From NCBI RefSeq assembly GCF_000013905.1, contig NC_007969.1, positions 360,001-392,000 of the forward strand: DNA of 32,000 bases. The letters run 5' to 3'. Within the stretch, counting starts at the first letter, position 1; every line of letters starts with the position of its first letter. Positions 17,610 through 27,353 of the stretch are shown piece by piece. Under the pieces are notes generated by a model. The model worked only from the letters and a program-made list of their open reading frames with translations, was not told the DNA's origin and made no database searches. The stretch comes from Psychrobacter cryohalolentis K5. GTDB taxonomy: Bacteria; Pseudomonadota; Gammaproteobacteria; Pseudomonadales; Moraxellaceae. The position numbers were made by a program, and so were the translations under genes.

Positions 17610-18362
17610 TTAAGCATTAGGTTTTGTGGTTTTTGCAATCCACTCTTGTAACCATATAATTTCAGGCTGCTGGGCATCAATGATGTCTTGTGCCAATTTA
17701 CGCATTTCTTTATCAGCACCATATTGGAGCTGTATCATTGCCATATCTACCGCGCCGCGATGATGAGGCAGCATACCACTTGCAAATGCCATGTCTGGCA
17801 CAGGGTTTGCGATGCCAGTCATCATGTTGTCATGCATGGCTTGCATGCCTACCGTATAAGCTTGTTGCATTGCTTGGGTATCGGGCTTCGGCTTGGGCGC
17901 ATCAGGGTGGCTAGCAAGCCATTTATTTATAATATCAATCTCAAGCTGCTGTGAGTCAATGATGTCTTTTGCCAGCTTACGCATCGTCTCATCAGTACCG
18001 TATTTAAGCTCAATCTTTGCCATATCTACTGCACCATGATGATGCCCAAGCATACTTTTTGCAAAGGCTGTATCAGGATCATTATAAGCCATACCTACCA
18101 TCATCTCATTATGCATATCAGTCATAGACTTCGTATAGTCTTTAAATATGTCCGTCATTGGCATCTCATCTGGCGTAGTATCAGCAGTCATCATATCGTG
18201 AGCATCCATATCTTCATGGTTGTCAACTTGCTCTGCTACGACCGGTGCATCGTCTTGCACTGCATTCACCTCAACATCATCTGATGCTGGCTGGCAAGCA
18301 CTTATTAATAGCGTAGCAGACACGCCAGTAGCAAACAAGGCAAAACGATGAAAAGCAGTCAT
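17610..18362 (-). CDS. Met/His-rich lipoprotein with two DUF305 (ferritin-like four-helix) repeats; CopM-like putative periplasmic copper-binding protein
   Basis: A signal peptide with lipobox LISAC is present. The module MLGHHHGAVDMAKIELKYG...AKDIIDSQQLEI is duplicated as MLPHHRGAVDMAMIQLQYG...AQDIIDAQQPEI. An M/H/D-rich linker follows the signal peptide. Confidence 0.85.
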   Translation of the reverse strand: MTAFHRFALFATGVSATLLISACQPASDDVEVNAVQDDAPVVAEQVDNHEDMDAHDMMTADTTPDEMPMTDIFKDYTKSMTDMHNEMMVGMAYNDPDTAFAKSMLGHHHGAVDMAKIELKYGTDETMRKLAKDIIDSQQLEIDIINKWLASHPDAPKPKPDTQAMQQAYTVGMQAMHDNMMTGIANPVPDMAFASGMLPHHRGAVDMAMIQLQYGADKEMRKLAQDIIDAQQPEIIWLQEWIAKTTKPNA

Positions 18363-18503
18363 GACATATCCTTACCATAAATTGAACAAGAAGCTTAGCA
18401 AAAAAGCATATGAATCATATAGAGCACATAGCTAAATGTTAACAGATAAATCTTACTCTTTCGAGACGCTATGTTTAAGATGTCGTAATATAGTGATCTT
18501 AAA

Positions 18504-18530
18504 TAAAAAAGCTATCTTAAGTACAGCTTT
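18504..18530 (-). terminator. Weak candidate terminator of rluE
   Basis: A 6-bp stem AAAGCT/AGCTTT has an 11-nt loop. On the minus strand TTTTTTATTT follows. Confidence 0.35.
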
Positions 18531-18548
18531 ACTCAGGTATTATTATAG

Positions 18549-19175
18549 CTAACCTATGACGCCAAGTTTTCGGCATTGCTCACTATTTAAATGAATGCGT
18601 ACAAACTCACCAACGCCCAACTCTCCAAGCTCAAATCCTGCCACTGACCAGCGTATCAAGCGTAAGCAAGGCAGCCCTACATGCGCAGTCATACGCCTCA
18701 CTTGGCGATTTTTGCCTTCATAAATAGTCAGCATCAACCATGACGTTGGGATATTTTTACGCTCACGAATAGGCGGCTCACGCTCCCATAATGTAATCGG
18801 CAAGTCGACTTCATCCACCAATACTGCAGAGGCAGGCAATGTCTTACCGTCTTTCAAGACCACGCCTGACGCCAGCGCCTTTAATTGGACAGAAGTGACC
18901 ATGCCTTCTACTTGCACCAAGTAAGTCTTACCTTGTTTTTGTTTGTTTTGCGCAAAACCCTTTGCAGATGGTGGCTGCGTGATGGCTTTATTAATGCGTC
19001 CATCACTGGTCAAAATCAGTAGCCCCTCTGAGGTAGCATCAAGTCGACCAGCGATACGGAGTGACTTGTCCGTAAAATATTCTGATAGAGTAGTATGGTC
19101 ATTATTGCTTTCATCACGGAATTGACTTTGTACTCCGTAAGGCTTATTAAACAAAATCAGGCTAGAGCTGGACAT
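18549..19175 (-). CDS. rluE: 23S rRNA pseudouridine synthase, RsuA/RluE family without S4 domain
   Basis: The motifs LILFNKPYGV and the catalytic GRLDATSEGLLILTSDG are present. I moved the start to Met42 of the track ORF (ATG 19173-19175), giving 208 aa. The upstream 41 codons are AT-rich with no homology signal. Confidence 0.8.
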   Translation of the reverse strand: MSSSSLILFNKPYGVQSQFRDESNNDHTTLSEYFTDKSLRIAGRLDATSEGLLILTSDGRINKAITQPPSAKGFAQNKQKQGKTYLVQVEGMVTSVQLKALASGVVLKDGKTLPASAVLVDEVDLPITLWEREPPIRERKNIPTSWLMLTIYEGKNRQVRRMTAHVGLPCLRLIRWSVAGFELGELGVGEFVRIHLNSEQCRKLGVIG

Positions 19176-19391
19176 AAAATAGCGTTTCCCAAAAATAAAA
19201 TGGCGGATAGCAGGACATATACTATAAGAATTAATATACGAGTAAAGCCTAAAGGTAGAGGCATGTTTTACCTTAAGTTTATCGTATTGTACAAACATTT
19301 ATAATGCTGTCATCACCATGATAAAACAGCTAGCATAACAGAATGCCAAGGACGCTTAAAACACATAATACATATCAAGGAGTATCACCTC

Positions 19392-20651
19392 ATGTCATAT
19401 AACAAGGTTATCGTACCAATAAACGGCGAAAAAATAACCGTAAATGCTGATTTATCCTTCAATATTCCAAATCATCCGATCATTCCCTTTATCGAAGGCG
19501 ATGGCATCGGCGTTGATATCACACCTGTCATGATTGAAGTGATTGATGCGGCAGTTGAAAAAGCTTATAAAGGCAAAAAGTCCATCGTTTGGATGGAGAC
19601 CTATTGCGGTGAAAAAGCCTCTAAAATTTATGACGGCGAATTTATGCCAGAAGAGACGCTTGATGTGTTGTGTGATTATGTCATCAGTATAAAAGGTCCG
19701 CTGACCACGCCAGTTGGCGGTGGTATGCGCTCGCTGAACGTGGCAATGCGACAAGAGCTTGATTTGTACGTTTGTCAGCGTCCTGTACGTTGGTTCGAAG
19801 GCGTTCCAAGTCCTGTCCAACATCCTGAGTTGACTGATATGATTATTTTCCGCGAAAACTCAGAAGATATCTATGCCGGTATCGAGTGGAAAGCAGGCAG
19901 TGAGGATGCCAAAAAAGTCATTAAGTTTTTAAAAGAAGAGATGGGCGTGACACAGATTCGCTTTTCAGAAGATTGTGGCATTGGTATCAAGCCAGTATCA
20001 AAAGAGGGCTCACAGCGTTTGATTTGTAAAGCGATTCAGCACGCCATCGACAATGACTTGCCCAATGTGACGCTTGTGCATAAAGGCAATATTATGAAGT
20101 TCACTGAAGGCGCTTTTAAAGAGTGGGGATATGAAGTTGCTACTGAGTGCTTTGGTGCTCAATTACTAGATGGTGGCCCTTGGATGACGATAACAAATCC
20201 TAAGACGGGTCATAAGATTGTGATTAAAGATGTGATTGCGGATGCGTTTTTGCAGCAAATCCTGATGCGTCCAGCTGACTACTCAGTGATTGCGACATTA
20301 AACCTAAACGGCGACTACATCTCTGACGCGTTAGCCGCGCAAGTCGGTGGTATCGGTATTGCTCCGGGTGCTAATAAAGGAGTTGCTATTGCCGTATATG
20401 AGGCAACCCATGGTACAGCTCCAAAGTACGCCGGACAAAACAAAGTCAATCCGGGTTCGCTTATTTTGTCAGCTGAGATGATGTTACGTGATATGGGCTG
20501 GACAAAGGCCGCTGACTTGGTCATCGAAGGTATCCAAGGTGCTATCAAAAATAAGACCGTGACCTACGATTTTGAACGCTTGATGCCGGATGCCACCTTA
20601 CTGAGTACCTCTGAGTTTGGTAAAGCAATCATCAAACATATGAATGCGTAA
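19392..20651 (+). CDS. icd: NADP-dependent isocitrate dehydrogenase, homodimeric type
   Basis: The 419-aa protein is colinear with E. coli Icd ([53 protein letters not shown]). A strong AAGGAG RBS is present. Confidence 0.95.
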   Translation: MSYNKVIVPINGEKITVNADLSFNIPNHPIIPFIEGDGIGVDITPVMIEVIDAAVEKAYKGKKSIVWMETYCGEKASKIYDGEFMPEETLDVLCDYVISIKGPLTTPVGGGMRSLNVAMRQELDLYVCQRPVRWFEGVPSPVQHPELTDMIIFRENSEDIYAGIEWKAGSEDAKKVIKFLKEEMGVTQIRFSEDCGIGIKPVSKEGSQRLICKAIQHAIDNDLPNVTLVHKGNIMKFTEGAFKEWGYEVATECFGAQLLDGGPWMTITNPKTGHKIVIKDVIADAFLQQILMRPADYSVIATLNLNGDYISDALAAQVGGIGIAPGANKGVAIAVYEATHGTAPKYAGQNKVNPGSLILSAEMMLRDMGWTKAADLVIEGIQGAIKNKTVTYDFERLMPDATLLSTSEFGKAIIKHMNA

Positions 20652-20721
20652 GAAAATGATGTCTTTTACACAATGTCTTGTAAATAGTCTCTGACATAAA
20701 AATCACTCATTAATAAAAGAC

Positions 20722-20764
20722 AAAAAAACACCCCAAAATCTAAGATATTTGGGGTGTTTTTTTT
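20722..20764. terminator. Bidirectional rho-independent terminator between the two convergent IDH genes
   Basis: The stem CACCCCAAA / TTTGGGGTG is flanked by A7 and T8. Confidence 0.8.
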
Positions 20765-20809
20765 ACGCTAATGTCACTTCTATAAATTAACTTTTATAAG
20801 ATGGGTTAA

Positions 20810-23029
20810 TTATAATGAAGCAATGGCGTTATTGAACAAAGTGCTAGGACGCATTGCTTGCTCAGCCAATGCTTCATCCGCTAGGTAATAGCCTTTAAGA
20901 TCCATAGGCTTACCTTGAGCATCATTTAGCTCTTTGATAATAGCTGCTTCATTGCTCTCAAGATTCTGCGCAAGTGCGGTAAATTGTGCTTTTAGCTCGC
21001 CGTCTTGCTCTTGAGCGGCAAGCTCTTGTGCCCAATACATCGCAAGATAGAAGTGACTGCCACGATTGTCAAGCTCACCAGTTTTGCGTGATGGAGACTT
21101 GTCATTCAATAACAGCTTTTCAGTTGCTCTATCTAAGGTATCAGCCAATACCTGAGCTTTAGGGTTGTTGTCATTCTGTGCTAAATGCTCTAGCGACACA
21201 GTCAATGCCAAGAACTCACCCAAAGAATCCCAACGTAAGTGGTTTTCTTCAACCAATTGTTGTACATGCTTTGGTGCTGAACCGCCAGCGCCTGTTTCAA
21301 ACAAACCGCCGCCCTTCATTAATGGAACCACTGACAACATCTTAGCACTGGTGCCCAATTCTAAAATCGGGAATAAGTCAGTGAGATAATCACGTAAGAT
21401 ATTACCAGTAGCAGAAATCGTATCAAGACCACGAGCAACGCGCTCTAAGGTATAACGCATGGCACGAACTTGTGACATGGTTTCGATATGTAGACCAGTG
21501 GTATCATGATCTTTTAAATACATTTTTACCTTTTTGATCAGCTCGTTTTCGTGTGGACGATACGGGTCTAACCAAAAGATAACTGGTGTATTCGATTCGC
21601 GTGCACGGCGTACTGCAAGCTTGACCCAATCTTGGATAGGCTCATCTTTAACCTGACACATGCGCCAGATATCACCTTTTTCAACACGCTGCTCAAGCAA
21701 GATTTCATTTGTTTCTTCGTCAACAATACGAGCAATACCGTTATCGCTCGCTTCAAAAGTCTTGTCGTGTGAGCCATATTCTTCCGCTTTTTGAGCCATT
21801 AGACCGACGTTAGGTACTGTACCCATCGTTGTTGGATCAAAGTTGCCATGCCATTTGCAGAAATTGATCATTTCTTGATAAATGCGGGCAAAGGTAGATT
21901 CTGGCATGACAGCTTTACAGTCATATAGTTTACCATCAGCACCCCACATTTTTCCGCCGTTACGAATCATAGCTGGCATGGATGCATCAACGATGATGTC
22001 ACTTGGCGAATGGAAGTTGGTGATGCCTTTTGATGAATCAACCATCGCCAAACGTGGGCGGTGGACTTGGCAAGCATGTAGATCACGCTCAATCTCTTCA
22101 CGCAAACTGGCTGGCAACTCGGCAATTTTTTCATACAAACTTGCCATGCCGTTATTAACATTGACACCTAGCTCGTCAAATAATGCGCCATGCTTTTGGA
22201 AAGCATCTTTATAGTAGATTCTGACCGCATGACCGAAGACGATAGGGTGTGATACTTTCATCATGGTCGCTTTTACGTGCAACGAGAATAAGATACCAGC
22301 TTCACGGCAGTCTTCCATTTCACGCTCATAAAAATCAAGCAGTGATTTTTTGCTCATAAACATAAGATCGATGACTTCTTTATCAAGCAAAGCGATGCCT
22401 GTTTTGAATACATTTACAGTGCCATCGTCCGCTAAGCGTTCCATACGTACAGTACGCGCTTTATCTAAAGTGATAGATTGCTCGCCATCATAGAAGTCGC
22501 CGCTGTGCATATGTGATACATGCGTTTGTGACCATTGTTTCCATTCACCCATAGAATGCGGATGTTTGCGTGCGTAGTTTTTGACCGCTTTTGGTGCGCG
22601 GCGATCTGAGTTACCTTCACGAAGTACAGGGTTTACCGAGCTGCCTAGACTTTTGCCATAACGCAGACGAATCGATTTTTCTTCGTCAGTTTTTGGGTCA
22701 TCTGGAAAATCAGGAATAGCGTAGCCTTTACCTTGTAGCTCTTTAATAGCTGCTTTCAACTGTTGAACAGAAGCACTGATATTTGGCAGTTTAATGATGT
22801 TGGTGTTTGGATCTTGTGTCAGACGACCTAGCTCAGCTAAGTTATCAGGAACGCGTTGCTCTTCACTTAAAAACTCAGGGAATTCAGCCAATACACGCGC
22901 AGCAACTGAGATATCACTGGTGTCAACTTCAATGCCTGCTGTGTGAGTAAATGCTTTGACAATAGGCAAGAATGATACGGTTGCAAGCGCTGGGGCTTCG
23001 TCGGTTTTTGTATAAATAATTTTTGACAT
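20810..23029 (-). CDS. NADP-dependent isocitrate dehydrogenase, monomeric type (about 80 kDa)
   Basis: The 739-aa protein has the N-terminus [24 protein letters not shown] and [18 protein letters not shown], characteristic of the monomeric IDH family (Azotobacter, Corynebacterium, Colwellia type). Confidence 0.95.
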   Translation of the reverse strand: MSKIIYTKTDEAPALATVSFLPIVKAFTHTAGIEVDTSDISVAARVLAEFPEFLSEEQRVPDNLAELGRLTQDPNTNIIKLPNISASVQQLKAAIKELQGKGYAIPDFPDDPKTDEEKSIRLRYGKSLGSSVNPVLREGNSDRRAPKAVKNYARKHPHSMGEWKQWSQTHVSHMHSGDFYDGEQSITLDKARTVRMERLADDGTVNVFKTGIALLDKEVIDLMFMSKKSLLDFYEREMEDCREAGILFSLHVKATMMKVSHPIVFGHAVRIYYKDAFQKHGALFDELGVNVNNGMASLYEKIAELPASLREEIERDLHACQVHRPRLAMVDSSKGITNFHSPSDIIVDASMPAMIRNGGKMWGADGKLYDCKAVMPESTFARIYQEMINFCKWHGNFDPTTMGTVPNVGLMAQKAEEYGSHDKTFEASDNGIARIVDEETNEILLEQRVEKGDIWRMCQVKDEPIQDWVKLAVRRARESNTPVIFWLDPYRPHENELIKKVKMYLKDHDTTGLHIETMSQVRAMRYTLERVARGLDTISATGNILRDYLTDLFPILELGTSAKMLSVVPLMKGGGLFETGAGGSAPKHVQQLVEENHLRWDSLGEFLALTVSLEHLAQNDNNPKAQVLADTLDRATEKLLLNDKSPSRKTGELDNRGSHFYLAMYWAQELAAQEQDGELKAQFTALAQNLESNEAAIIKELNDAQGKPMDLKGYYLADEALAEQAMRPSTLFNNAIASL

Positions 23030-23699
23030 TGTAGTAGAGTATTCCTTTATGTTGTCATTAATAAGGGGAGTAAGGCTTGGATCTTATTTAATCGCTTTAT
23101 ATAGCCTTCATACCATAATGAGTGATGGCGCTAAATTAAGCACATCAAGTGTCACTTTTGCAATCATACAAAAATATATTTAAACAGTTTGACGCATTTA
23201 AATAGTTTTGAGACTGCTTGTTGACCTTATTTTGCAAAACTATCTTTTGGAAGCTGTTTTAACCTTTATGACAAACTTACCGCCAAAAGAGGGGTTGAAC
23301 GATTGGGTAACACTGCCTGACGATACATGAAAGTCGATATATTATAGTTCATCCACTATAAATCCGATATGATGTCAATCTCGTATGTTGAACTAAGTAT
23401 ACTATTTCGCTCATATCTCATCTATATGAATTATATTAAGCTAATAATACTCTTATTCTATCAGTCATCAAGATTGATATCATCTTTTCCATGTAATTTG
23501 CCTGTTTTTAATGGCAGTTTTTATTACGTATGGCATCAAAGTTTTGTTTCTATCACACTAGTACGGCATCATTTCTTAAATGGTATCAATAATCCTATAA
23601 CGGTTATATAAAATTCTTGCAAATTGTGACAGCAAAAAAATGCCAAGTTGATAGGCTATATGATCAAGAAAAGTCATCAAAATAAACAGTGTACTGATT

Positions 23700-25037
23700 A
23701 TGAATTTACAATATGCGTTACTGAACGATACCAGTTGGCAAAGCCTTGGCAATTGGCAAACGCCAGACACCCCTTTTATGTCATTTGCCTTTTGGCAAGC
23801 GCTTAGTGACACTGGCGCGATTGGCGAAGAGGCTGGCTGGTTACCTATTTATATATTGGTGCACCGTGTAGATGCCGATGATGATTTTGTAGTACAGCAA
23901 AATTTGTCTTCTGTAGAAGCTTCTATAAAGGTGAAGCAGCCGGTTGCCGTGATGCCCGTATTTATTAAAGGTCATCACCAAGGGGAATTTGTATTTGACC
24001 ATTCATGGGCGCAAGCTTATGCGCAGCATGGTCTCGACTATTATCCGCGTTTGGTAACTAGCGCCCCTTATACGCCTATTACTGGGCAGCGCTTATGGCT
24101 GGCAGCAGGTGAGACGCTCGATGCTGACATTATAAAGACCGTTATTGCAGGGGTGGATGATATTGCGCAGCAAGTAGATGCCTCTGGCTGGCATGGGCTA
24201 TTTGTCACGCCTGAGATGGCTGCTATCGCTAACGCATCGCTGCCGACTGATATTGATATAGAAATGGCGCTTAAAACCCAAGCAAATGGTGTAGCGGCAA
24301 AACCGATTGAGCTACCGATACTTGAGCGTCAAGGTTGCCAATTTTTATGGCAAAATAAAAATCTAACTCAAGATGAACAGCCATTTACAGATTTTGAAGC
24401 ATTTTTGACTACGCTCAAAGCCAAAAAACGTAAAACCATTCGGGCTGAGCGCAGAAAAGTTGCTGAGCAAGGTATTACGTGCCAGCGAAAATGCGGTGAT
24501 GACATTACCGAGTCCGACTGGAAGACTTTTTATCATTGTTATGTAATGACTTATGCGGTACGTGGGCAGCAGCCTTATTTGACCATGGATTTTTTTAAAG
24601 CATTAGCGCAACATATGGCTGAGCATTTAATGCTCGCACAAGCACTTGATGCCAACGGTGAGATTATCGCGAGCAGTCTGTTTTTATACGATAAGCCTGA
24701 CAATAAAACGGCAACTTTGTACGGTCGTTATTGGGGAGCGCTTGGTAAGTATGATAGCTTGCATTTTGAGCTGTGCTATTATCAAGGTATTGAGTTTGCC
24801 ATCGAGCAAGGCTTGCATTATTTCGACCCAGGAACGCAAGGCGAGCATAAGCTGATTCGTGGCTTTGTTCCAACAGCTACCCACTCACTGCACCGTATTT
24901 ATGATGCGCGTTTTGTGCCAGCGATTGCTGATTTTTGCCGCAAAGATCGGCTACATATGTCGCAATATCGAGAGCAAGCGTTTGAAGCTTTGCCGTTTAA
25001 TATTGATAATATGCCAATGTTTGATAACAATGAATAA
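23700..25037 (+). CDS. DUF482 / COG3146 GNAT-fold (FemAB-like) acyltransferase family protein
   Basis: The 445-aa protein shows the family pattern at its N-terminus (W..L......PFMSFAFWQALSDTGA...GW.P) and C-terminus (YYQGIEFAIEQGLHYFDPGTQGEHKLIRGF). Its function is unknown. Confidence 0.75.
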   Translation: MNLQYALLNDTSWQSLGNWQTPDTPFMSFAFWQALSDTGAIGEEAGWLPIYILVHRVDADDDFVVQQNLSSVEASIKVKQPVAVMPVFIKGHHQGEFVFDHSWAQAYAQHGLDYYPRLVTSAPYTPITGQRLWLAAGETLDADIIKTVIAGVDDIAQQVDASGWHGLFVTPEMAAIANASLPTDIDIEMALKTQANGVAAKPIELPILERQGCQFLWQNKNLTQDEQPFTDFEAFLTTLKAKKRKTIRAERRKVAEQGITCQRKCGDDITESDWKTFYHCYVMTYAVRGQQPYLTMDFFKALAQHMAEHLMLAQALDANGEIIASSLFLYDKPDNKTATLYGRYWGALGKYDSLHFELCYYQGIEFAIEQGLHYFDPGTQGEHKLIRGFVPTATHSLHRIYDARFVPAIADFCRKDRLHMSQYREQAFEALPFNIDNMPMFDNNE

Positions 25038-25089
25038 CCTTATCTTTTAACCATATTCTACTTAATAAAGTACACATTAGCCGTAAACT

Positions 25090-25596
25090 ATGATCTCTCA
25101 TCTTTCTTGCATAACCAATTCATTACCTCCAACTGAGCTATTACCTTGGCTAAATATCGAAGGCTCTCTTACTGCCTTGCTAGAGGTAAAAGCTGGGCGG
25201 CCATTACTCGTAGAACGCAGATTTGAGGGCTATCGGTTATTGTCTTTAGCACAAAAAAAACAATTGGGTATCAAAGGGGCAGCGCTTAGTCATCCACGGC
25301 TGGCATGGGTCCGTGAGGTATATCTATACGGTAATGACGAGCTACCATGGGTACAGGCGCAAAGCCTGTTTCCGTTATCAAGTCTAAAAGGCAGTGCCAG
25401 ACGTCTACAGCAATTAAAAAGCACACCCATAGGCTATGTATTGTTTAATCGCAGTCGTACCTTGCCCAATCAGCGCTCTATCAAACATACGGCAGATGGC
25501 TGGCAACGGCAGACGCTTTATGATTGGCATGGTCGTTCTTTACTTATTAGTGAGACCTTTTTGCCACGGTTCTGTGAAAAACAATTGGATATTTAA
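25090..25596 (+). CDS. ubiC: Chorismate-pyruvate lyase
   Basis: The 168-aa protein is colinear with E. coli UbiC: GSLT..LE, REV.L.G...PWV.A.S..P, LG..PIG..LF, LLISE.FLP. The RBS is weak. Confidence 0.75.
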   Translation: MISHLSCITNSLPPTELLPWLNIEGSLTALLEVKAGRPLLVERRFEGYRLLSLAQKKQLGIKGAALSHPRLAWVREVYLYGNDELPWVQAQSLFPLSSLKGSARRLQQLKSTPIGYVLFNRSRTLPNQRSIKHTADGWQRQTLYDWHGRSLLISETFLPRFCEKQLDI

Positions 25597-25994
25597 GTAC
25601 TTCATCAGAAAATTAAAACAACCAATTAATTAGCCAACTATTTTCCACTTTATTATTCAGATAAGTTTTTAGTGAATAAATTTTAATGAATTTACTGCTT
25701 CTATTTAGATGATATATTGATAAGTTACTGAAAAAAATAGATTTAAATATAGAGAATTTTGCCCTGTCGTCTACTCAAAATAAGCTGATATTTTTTTGCG
25801 CTCGCAACATAAAGTTTCATGTTACACTTAAACTTTAGCGAGAATATCGATGCAAAAGAGTATCGAATTTATCCTTAAAACTGCAAGCTAATGATAAGCT
25901 CATGCCTTTTGCTTGCCTAGTTCAAACTTCTTTTGCTACTCGCTTCTTTCAACGACCGTTATTACTAATAAACGTCACCACTTAGGACTTTACT

Positions 25995-27251
25995 ATGTTT
26001 AAAGATATCTCTATCAAAGATTTTGATCCAGTACTTGCTGAAGCTATGGCTGCTGAAAGCGTTCGTCAAGAGAACCATATTGAGCTTATCGCTTCAGAAA
26101 ACTACTGCTCACAAGCAGTGATGGAAGCGCAGGGTACTGATTTGACCAACAAATACGCTGAAGGCTATCCTGGTAAGCGCTATTACGGTGGTTGTGAGCA
26201 TGTTGACGTCGTTGAGCAACTAGCTATTGACCGTGCAAAAGAATTGTTTGGTGCAGAATATGTGAACGTACAGCCACACTCTGGTAGCCAAGCAAACTCT
26301 GCTGTCTTTTTAGCATTGCTTGAAGCCAATGATACTGTGCTTGGCATGAGTTTAGATGCTGGTGGTCACTTAACGCATGGCGCACATATCAACTTCTCAG
26401 GTCTAAACTACAATGCAGTACAGTATGGTTTGGTCGAAGGCACTGGTCTTATCGATTATGACCAAGTTGAGAGCTTGGCAAAAGAGCATAAGCCTAAAAT
26501 GATCATCGCTGGTTTTTCAGCGTATTCACAAGTAGTTGATTGGGCGCGTTTCCGTGAAATCGCTGACGAAGTAGGCGCTTACTTACTAGTCGATATGGCT
26601 CACGTTGCTGGTCTTATCGCTGGCGGCGTTTACCCAAGCCCAGTACCATTTGCTGATGTAGTGACCACGACTACGCACAAAACCTTACGTGGCCCACGTT
26701 CAGGTATGATTCTTGCTCGTGATGAAGTACTTGCTAAAAAGCTCAATTCTGCCGTATTCCCAGGTAACCAAGGTGGCCCGTTGATGCATGTCATCGCGGC
26801 AAAAGCAGTTTGCTTTAAAGAAGCATTAGAAGAGAACTTCAAAACCTATCAGCAGCAAGTGGTTAAAAACGCTCAAGCCATGGCGAAAGTCATTCAAGAT
26901 CGCGGCTACGAAATTATCTCTGGTGGCACTGAAAACCATCTGATGCTTATCAGCTTAGTTAAGCAAGAGATGACCGGTAAAGAAGCGGATAAATGGTTGG
27001 GTGACGCACACATTACGGTCAATAAAAACGCCGTACCAAACGATCCAAAATCTCCGTTTGTGACTTCTGGTATCCGTATTGGTACACCAGCGATTACCAC
27101 TCGCGGCTTCAACGAAGCACAAGCAGGTGATTTGGCAGGTTGGATTTGTGATGTTCTTGACAGCCGTGGCGATGAAGCAGTGACTGCTGAAGTACGTGGC
27201 AAAGTAGAAGCGATCTGTAAAGAGCTTCCTGTCTATGCTAAAAACCAGTAA
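25995..27251 (+). CDS. glyA: Serine hydroxymethyltransferase
   Basis: The 418-aa protein is near-canonical GlyA ([33 protein letters not shown] with the PLP lysine). Confidence 0.97.
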   Translation: MFKDISIKDFDPVLAEAMAAESVRQENHIELIASENYCSQAVMEAQGTDLTNKYAEGYPGKRYYGGCEHVDVVEQLAIDRAKELFGAEYVNVQPHSGSQANSAVFLALLEANDTVLGMSLDAGGHLTHGAHINFSGLNYNAVQYGLVEGTGLIDYDQVESLAKEHKPKMIIAGFSAYSQVVDWARFREIADEVGAYLLVDMAHVAGLIAGGVYPSPVPFADVVTTTTHKTLRGPRSGMILARDEVLAKKLNSAVFPGNQGGPLMHVIAAKAVCFKEALEENFKTYQQQVVKNAQAMAKVIQDRGYEIISGGTENHLMLISLVKQEMTGKEADKWLGDAHITVNKNAVPNDPKSPFVTSGIRIGTPAITTRGFNEAQAGDLAGWICDVLDSRGDEAVTAEVRGKVEAICKELPVYAKNQ

Positions 27252-27283
27252 TTTCTAATTAATTGGTTTTATAAGTCAGAAAT

Positions 27284-27319
27284 AAAAAAACCGCTTAGCT
27301 TTTGCTAGGCGGTTTTTTT
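27284..27319. terminator. Bidirectional rho-independent terminator (glyA / gltS)
   Basis: The stem CCGCTTAGC / GCTAGGCGG has the loop TTTT and is flanked by A7 and T7. Confidence 0.8.
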
Positions 27320-27353
27320 GTGAGTATATGAATCAGCTTTTTATTTCATCAAA

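Noticed and set aside
19176-19298. A 41-codon N-terminal extension of the rluE ORF.
   Set aside because: The extension is AT-rich and Tyr/Ile/Phe-heavy, and RluE-family proteins have no counterpart to it. The conserved LILFNKPYG motif follows the internal Met directly.
23369-23812. An 80-aa plus-strand ORF and a 78-aa minus-strand ORF in the spacer upstream of the DUF482 gene.
   Set aside because: Both are Ile/Leu/Phe/Tyr/Ser-rich products of AT-rich DNA. They have no RBS and overlap each other and the start of the real gene at 23700.
25597-25994. A possible riboswitch (ZTP, THF or glycine type) or leader peptide in the long glyA leader, including a 13-codon mini-ORF MQKSIEFILKTAS beginning at about 25850.
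   Set aside because: I could find none of the conserved cores of these riboswitch classes by eye. The mini-ORF has no regulatory-codon bias or attached attenuator hairpin. This needs cmscan to exclude formally.
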